Positions 56,401-64,000 of a stretch of DNA of 64,000 nt are shown here, one piece after another. The translations under genes and the position numbers were made by a program. This DNA is from Balanoglossus misakiensis (taxonomy: Eukaryota; Animalia; Hemichordata), in the NCBI GenBank assembly GCA_040954595.2, contig CM082582.2:9601483-9665482 (forward strand), read 5' to 3'. Under the pieces are notes generated by a model. It was not told the origin of the DNA. It did no database searches and worked only from the letters and a program-made list of their open reading frames with translations. Position 1 is the stretch's first letter, and every line of letters starts with the position of its first letter.

Positions 56401-59400
56401 CACAGCCGGTATTTCTAGAGATTCACAAACATACAAAGAAATCAGAAATCCACATTCAGTTAGAGTCATGCAACCAACTATCACCTTTTTTCAAACATTT
56501 TGTTTGAAAATCAGTGACTTCAGTGACATTCTTTCAATTTGCAAATAAAAATAAAATTCACTTTCTTCTGTACATGTACATGAAAAGAAGCTTATTTCTA
56601 TTCCGACTTCAGGTTTTTCGAGTCGACAATTGAACAATATCAACCCTCTTTTCAGCTTTTAACAGCTTTCTGCTGTATCACTGAAAGCCTTTTTAAAACA
56701 CATCTGCGATAACTCAATGATAAAACGCAATATATACAAAATGTTCACTGATGTAAATAAGTCAACGCAGTAACCTACTTTGCCTGAGCAAAATATATAT
56801 AAGTCCCTCAAATCATATCTGTTCCCTTTACCTTATTTGGAAGTAAATGTTCTCCTTCAATAATGACTGTAAATGGATCAATTCTCTCTCCGGGCTCAGC
56901 ATCAGGATCAAACCCGAATCTCACGGCAGACACCTGCGGGAATCTACCTTCATGTTTGGGATACTGACTGACACCATTCTCTAGTGCTTCCAGTAAATCT
57001 TTACCTGCAAACAATACTTTCCCTGTTTAATTACCGGTGTAAGTTTTAAAATACTCAAAAGTAAACACCGTCCATAACTGTAGTCAGCAAACAAGTCATC
57101 TGATGGAGAGAAAATGATTTCTCTTTTATTTCCACTATGAACATTTGATAGCCATCCATGCATCCAAGAGAAGGAAATACGAAAACTTACAATGAATTAA
57201 AATTAAATTAAAATGTCAGTTACCATTTATAGCAAATTATTTCGATTTTGATGAAGTTTTGCTGTACTCGTAATGCATGTCAATTTTCATAGAAAGACTA
57301 CATTTAATAAAACACAGTACCCTAACCTGAAATCATACAGCATCTTGAAGAATTTCACCAAAACTGACCCTAAACCTAACTCTCACCCTCTACATCTCTT
57401 GTATAGTAAAGGCAAACAAAAATTATTTCCCACCTGTAACTTCTAGTACAACCAAGGAATCTACCAATGGAAGAATATGCATCAGATCTCTCTTTTTGAA
57501 TTCCCCCTCTGAGTGTATCCTGTCTGATCTGAATGTGCCAGAATTTAACAACGCCACATCAGCCTGGGTTGCTTCTAGCATAATATCTGTGACAAAATTA
57601 CCTGGAAATACGAATACAGAAATAATCATTGTGAGTGTGTGTTTGCCTTTTATTGCCGGTATGATATTATAACATTGAGATTCTGTTGTATCAGGTGATT
57701 GTGTACAAATGTTAAGGTTGCTTTTTTCAAAATGAACTACTGGCAAATGAAATCTATTCAATTGGGTATTGTGTATGAATGCAAAGGTTAACTGCGCACT
57801 GAATGTTTCCATTACCCAGCATGCCAAGTATAACTCTGGCCTACTTTTTTGGTCACAGAAAAAACGATCAAGTTAACCCACTTGGCTGCCACACTTTGGA
57901 TTAACCCAACTGATTTCGACATCACAAAGGGACCTGTCGAGAGGTGAACTGCAGTTGACGGGGTTATCAACAGTCACTTCGCACAGATACATAATGCAAT
58001 TAATTCCCCACAAAGGATGGTGAGGAGGTTTACATCACAGTTGAACTGCAGATAGTTTGCGTGTGCAGATATCTGAATGGATTTATCATCCCGTACCACC
58101 TTTCCATTTTTCACATACTCACCCAAATTTGTCTCCCCTGTACGAATGCTGGAAAACCTGCCATCCAGATCCACTTCAATGTAGCCTAAATTACCCTCCA
58201 TCTCCTTGGCCACGATTTCTACAAAAGACAAAAGTCACACGGAAACGCGCACACAGTTTGCAAGGTGAACGACTGGCCACTTAAACCAGCAGTCCTGTCA
58301 AAACGTTCAATAAAGTGTTCATTCATTAATTTCGAATTGTGGAAAGCAATTAAGTGCCTAAAGTACCTCAAATAATACAGCCGGGTCTGAGTGACAGCCT
58401 AACTGAAGAATTAATTTGTTCCTTTTCAAAAAACCAGCACAATTTCTGTCATTACTTCCACTGTCGGTGGAGCATTTTTAGGCTTTAACACATGTTCAGC
58501 ACTGCCAACAAGGATATTGGCTTTTTGCTTAATTTGCCTAGAAATGTTTTTTAGGCTGCCTGAAATTGACTGGTGAATTTATACCGCAAACAGGTGAAAT
58601 GTATCCCTTCATGACTGGTACTTCCTTTCATCGGAATGTTTTCCGGAGTGTTAGAGTCGTGCATTTAGAGTCTCAAAATCTCAGACTCCTCACTGATGAA
58701 TGAATTTTGCATTCTGCTCAAGGAGATGCCTTAGCAACCAAACACAGAAAACTGCCAGGGAAAAATTCAATGTCAAATATATTTACCCCTGACTGATTCT
58801 GGAATATCTACCCTGTTTAATAAAGTCATCTTTTTCAATTTGAAAATTTGATTAATAATCCCTAAAAACGTAGCTGTAGGCAAAATTCTGACAATGACTG
58901 ATAATATGATTTGGTTGTGTTCATGAGCAAAATCCAAGGAAGAGGCCAGTAGCTGCTTATTTTTCTCTCGATAGCCAGGGTCAAACTGACCCCAATTTTG
59001 GGCTTCTGCAGTCTTCTACAAACCTTGGTAGGCATCAACGATTTCTTTCATGTCCGCATCCTCTTCAATATCTGATGTCACATTGACTTTCTCGGTGCAC
59101 ACCGAAATTGCATTCAGCGCAAACTCGATGGTGACCCTGGTCATGGTTCGAAAATCGCTGCCACTCTTCACAATGGGTTTGCCATTCACCTGGGATGTTA
59201 TGCAGTACACGTACAGAAAATGAGATGCAGTCAACTCTACGCATCATAATTTAAAGAAAGTTCCAGCCAAGTAATATGATAAGAAAGGCTGACACACGCA
59301 CTGTTTGTTTTATTTGTTTAACCAACTTCCATCAAACTGCAGACGCAGTGAATGAGTTAATTGTTGGCTTTGGAAAACAAACCAAACTCTGTGATTTCAC

Positions 59401-62400
59401 ACCTAAGGATTCCTTCTCTTTCATATCCTTTCAATTCATGTTTACACAACTGTCTGCTCTGGTAGATTACTGCAGGTTCGCAAACAACCGCAAAATACCA
59501 TAAAACACACAGGAAAATCCTTTTGGGCTGTCACTTAAATGAATGCACAGTTGGCATCGTACACTTAGCAGTCACAGATCGATTTTAATGCTAAATGGAA
59601 AACAAGTTGAAAATGTTAAAACGGTCAAACATTGAAAAACTCATCACTGGGCTGATTGCCTTGAAACTAGTCTTTATGTATCTTTATGGAAGAGCTTACA
59701 TGCATATTCATGTCATGCATGGTAGAACATTAGTGTCATTGATCATAAATCTTTAGGGGAAAGCCAAATGCATTAGATACATGTATAGCAATATTTACCC
59801 TTTTGACTTCATAGTCATGGTCATGGCCACCCAAGATTAAATCTATTTCATCAACACACTGAGCCAACCTGATGTCATTAGGCCATCTCATATGAGTAAG
59901 TGCTATCACATAATCAGCTCCCTACAGGTGAATACAAAAATATACAAAGTGGTATTAAAAGTAACAAAGTAAACTTGATTCAAGTCTGTGATTTCAATCA
60001 TTAAAGGATATACGTACACTGTCACTACGTGTCTTGCCTTCACATGCATGTTTTGACTTTTCACAGTCTGTTACTTAGTTACCAAATTATTCCAATATTT
60101 CAAGCACCCAAATACATGCTCAAACAAATGCATTAATGTAATTTAGCTATTGTAATAGTTAACATCCTTTAAATTTTTTTGGCAAATTCATCAATTTTAT
60201 TGTACGACCACATTTTTTTCTTTCTATTTGCACATACAGTCCTTAAAACACTTCTTGTTTGAATTGATGCTGTATATCATTTTGCAATCCATTAAGAATC
60301 TTCATAATTTAACTCTTTGTGAAAAAGAATTCACAATTTTTACCTGTTGCTTGAGCTCCCTAGCCAATCTACGACCATGGGTAACGTAATCGAGGTAAGT
60401 CAGGTCCTCTCTGTCGATGGTTGCCAAGGTAACCAACCACTCCTCCTCCACTAAACCAATAATTCCAAGCTGTTGATGAAATTAAAAAAGTGACATTATC
60501 AGATTATATCATGCAACTCTCACACTTGGCTACTCCATGTATTCTGTGTCACCTTGAAGAAACTCTGTGAAGAATGAAACCTCCCGATGCAATTTCCTGA
60601 ATGCTGCACACACTTCTACTCTAAGTACAAATGCACTTTTCAAGTACTCATATTTCCAACAGTCAGACATGCATCTCGTGTCAATGTCTACAAACATCAC
60701 AAACTCAATAAATGCATGAATTTTAATGTCAATGATTAAGTGGAATGGTAGTGATGTGAATGTATAAGTGATCGTGACTCCTAATCCTTCCGTCCAGGTT
60801 TATTGTCCAAACCTTTCATACATGTGAGTCACAAAAGCAGGCGTATTTTAATCAATGACATGTGGCGTTTCAAGTTTTACCCAGGAGAGGCCATGAAAAT
60901 GCTTTTGGCAACTGCAGACAGGTGGCATACACACAACGTAAATGGTTGCCTGGCCTCCCCACCAGCAAACAATTACAAGTATAGCGCTACTTTCTACATT
61001 TGAAATGCATCCTTTGTTGTGCATTTTTTTTCATATGCCTGACTCAGCAGACAGGATTTCCTCTGCCCGAGACACAGCGAGACAGAACTTCAGTGGTATC
61101 ATCTAATTTCCTTTGCCATTGTTGTATGCTGAGAATATTGAAAGGAATTAGCCACTGCTGAGGATGAATGGTAAAAGCTGTACTGAAGGCAATATATACT
61201 AAGGGCCAGTCTCAAATTATCACATCTGTTCAAAAAAACCTTAATTCTTAGTGGATAAGAAAGTGACTCAACATTCAAAAGTCGTAAAAGACATCAAGCA
61301 TATCTGATTAACTCTCGTGAGTGCGTGGCCAATGTGTGTCTTGATAAGGATCAGAAAGAGTTCAGCTCTTCGGCTTAATGATGTCAATACCTTTTTTCCA
61401 GACCACTCTATGATGTGTCTGACCAGCCCATCTGCCAATGGCTCCTCTGTTAGATTATCAAGCACATTGCTCATCAACCAAGGGAAGTTGGTTTCCATGA
61501 CAAAGTCATTCAACTCATCCACACCAAAATCTGAATGTCACAAAAAGAAATCAATGATCCCATTTGAACTGACAATACACACATTTGCAGGTTTCTTTGT
61601 ACTATCTGTCTGAAAAGATCTGTCTATCTGTTCATCTGTCTGTAGAGATCTGTCTGTCTGTCTGTCTGCGTTTAACTAAATCTTTTGCAGGATGTAACAA
61701 TTGTATGTTAGAGTTTGAATTTCCTAGAAAGCCTTGATATTAAAATATAGAGAATGTCTGAGCATTACTAAAAATAGTAACACATATCTCCATGTGTCAA
61801 GTTTTTGTTTCTCAGATTTCACTTCAAGGTTTTCAGGTGCCAAATGGATTGTTGACCATGTACAAACATCTGGATTTCTTTACAATCTATCGCAGCCTCT
61901 GACATTTAAGGACGGAAAGTCCACATTTACCCATCAAGCTGTTAATGCATGCATCCACACAACTCAGGCAAATATCACAAATTCACAGGCATTTAATTAT
62001 TTAGAGTTATTGGCTCGGGTTTCATTCATGCATTAAGAGTGCAAGTATACACTTTTTTTCATCAATATTCACATTCCGCAAGGATATGGGTTCATGGCAA
62101 TATGTCTCAATGAAATCTAGCTGTACCTGGATAAAAAAAAGACATGCAACTTACCAAACTCGTGGTTTCCGTAGACAGCAGCGTGGACTTTCAGTGCGTT
62201 CAATATCGGCAACATTTGCCGGCCTCTGGTAACGTTACTCACTGGCAACACAAGCAAACAAATTCCCAATTAAAAGTGAAAACAAACTGATAAAACATAC
62301 TAACTGTTGGTGAGAGTATTAAATCACCTTGGAAAATTCATGGAAACAGAAATTTGATGAAAGTCACATTCTCTTTGCTCAATTCATCGCAGACGTAATT

Positions 62401-64000
62401 AAGATTTACGATTTAATATATATTGCATTTTATTGAGGACTAACCCCGCTGTGATGGTTAATCAGTCTACAAGGCAGTACTATGAACACAAAATTGCTCT
62501 AACTGTAAAAAGACAAACCCATCAAGACGTCTTTTGAAATCCAAATTGCAATATGTGCAGGCAAACAAATCCAAAGTAATTTACTTTGTTTATGCAGCCA
62601 ATTTTAATGTAGCTGTGACAGAAGCCTGGAATTATGCACTCTGCAGGTATATAAATATATACCCTCGGTGATGCGATTTTATGTTTAGCAGATGGATTAT
62701 TGGATGGTTGATCTGCATTCAAAAGGTAGCAACACGGCAATGTTTGCGTATGCCCTCTTCAGTGCCACATCCCCGCATTCCCAATAAACTACGTTATTTG
62801 AATCCCGTCTACCACGGAGACGCCGCAAACTTTTCTTCTGAGGGCCACGGAGGAAATTCGAGCTGTTTATCCTAGCCGGGTACACACCCTCTTACGAGAT
62901 TCAATGATGTCGTACAGGTAACATGACATCTTTTATGAAATAACTGCCCCCGCATGTAACGATCACTACAGCGCTCTCGTAAATCCACTCTCCTCAATTT
63001 CTGGAATCCATTACATTCAGTGTTATATCAACTGCTTTGGAGCATATCTGGAGAGAGTCAGCTGAAATGGCTGGTTTTAGTTTTATGCATAGCTATCCCC
63101 AGCCATTGGTTTTTTTCTCTCAGACATACTGACATAATATCTCTTTATAAGGGCTGACATTTAGATTGTATTTGCACAGTACTATTAAAACTAAACCACA
63201 GTGAAATGAGTGAGACTTTACCACAATGGGACTGACAGGCCAGCGGTATAACAGGAAAAAATACTTCATTAGGCAAGAAAATAAGAGACGAAACCATAGT
63301 TACAAAGTAATATCACCCTGGTCATAAAACTATGAATCTATAAAACATTTCTGAAATTACGTAAAGACACTACATTAATACCCTTAGGGATCTGTGAATA
63401 GTTCTGCAGCTCTCTAAGGCAAGGGTTCGTTTTCATTTAATTCAAGGCTACGAAAGTTGCTATGGCATCAACAGGTACAAATCTGAATGCCGATTACAAA
63501 CATGTCCTAATAAAACTCTTTTTATGCTACTAGCCTTCGATTTCACCTACAACATACAATACAATACTCCTTCACCCTACCACTATACACTCTAAATTAT
63601 ACTTTCTAAACCTTCTAAAGCAATTTCAGACTGAACTTCCTGTCTACTTTTGCACATGTTACAGGTGAGCACAGGTCAGGGTTTCTTCTGAAAACGATGG
63701 CACATATAAATGTTTTCCATGAGTATCTACAGCACTGCATAAATATTTCAACAATAATGAAATAAATCAATATTACTGGGAACTCAGGCCTGGAAGTGTT
63801 AAACTTGAATTTATCTTTGTACATTTCATGAAGGTATTTGTTCAAATGCAAAAAATATATTTATTTATTTGCTGATGCAAAAGATACTCAGTCACTCATT
63901 GAAAGATGCTTAGGAGTAGACTCATTTATTCACAGCAAGTTATGGAGGAGAGACATTCAACACTTACTCATCGATGGATTCAGACAATCTCCAGAAAACA
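53404..64000 (-). CDS. 5'-nucleotidase-family metallophosphatase (CG11883/YfkN-like) with acidic linker and C-terminal ankyrin repeats; 5' end outside window
   Basis: About 14 exons in window. FSGDCLNPS, VYGNHEFDFGVDEL..TNFPWLMSNV, GIIGLVEEEW, IALTHMRWPND..LILGGHDHDY, KSGSDFR, RTGETNLGNFVTD, LEALENGVSQYPKHEGRFPQVS, GKDGY. Then in-phase exons 54945-55159, 54065-54792 (acidic), 53780-53938 (TVLHVAA) and 53404-53604 (TPLMIASQHGH..LLEHGA; TALQQA). Confidence 0.88.

Noticed and set aside
53151-62090. Other RTATCCTT motifs (~53151, 58510, 59423, 60003, 62080) as U12 donors
   Set aside because: They lie in UTR, mid-intron or wrong-strand positions, not at exon ends, and the surrounding genes already splice in frame by standard GT-AG introns.

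Overview
Eukaryotic, intron-rich animal genomic DNA. It is probably a marine invertebrate deuterostome (hemichordate/echinoderm-like); this is inferred from gene content and intron style. There are no prokaryotic features, CRISPR arrays or RNA genes. Hand-splicing on GT/GC-AG signals with phase checks gives 12 protein-coding genes in two contrasting halves. Left half (1-32.7 kb, CpG-retaining) encodes secreted and cell-surface mosaic proteins: two paralogous CUB-CUB-LDLa-TM (NETO-like) receptors, a type II O-fucosyltransferase-family enzyme, a 2x C-type lectin/4x EGF-like/PAN protein, and an astacin metalloprotease carrying 2 kringles and 2 PAN/Apple domains. Right half (33-64 kb, CpG-depleted gene bodies) is a compact housekeeping block: CCDC93, WRNIP1, FAM210A, C20orf96, COX4, SYS1, and a 5'-nucleotidase-family gene that appears fused to C-terminal ankyrin repeats. 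Most notable are the plasminogen-like astacin-kringle-PAN architecture with two GC-AG introns, a U12-type minor-spliceosome intron in C20orf96, the nucleotidase-ankyrin fusion, a hairpin plus a perfect 72-bp duplication at the WRNIP1 start, and decayed Crypton/DUF3504-like fragments. All gene models are manual predictions without transcript or database support.
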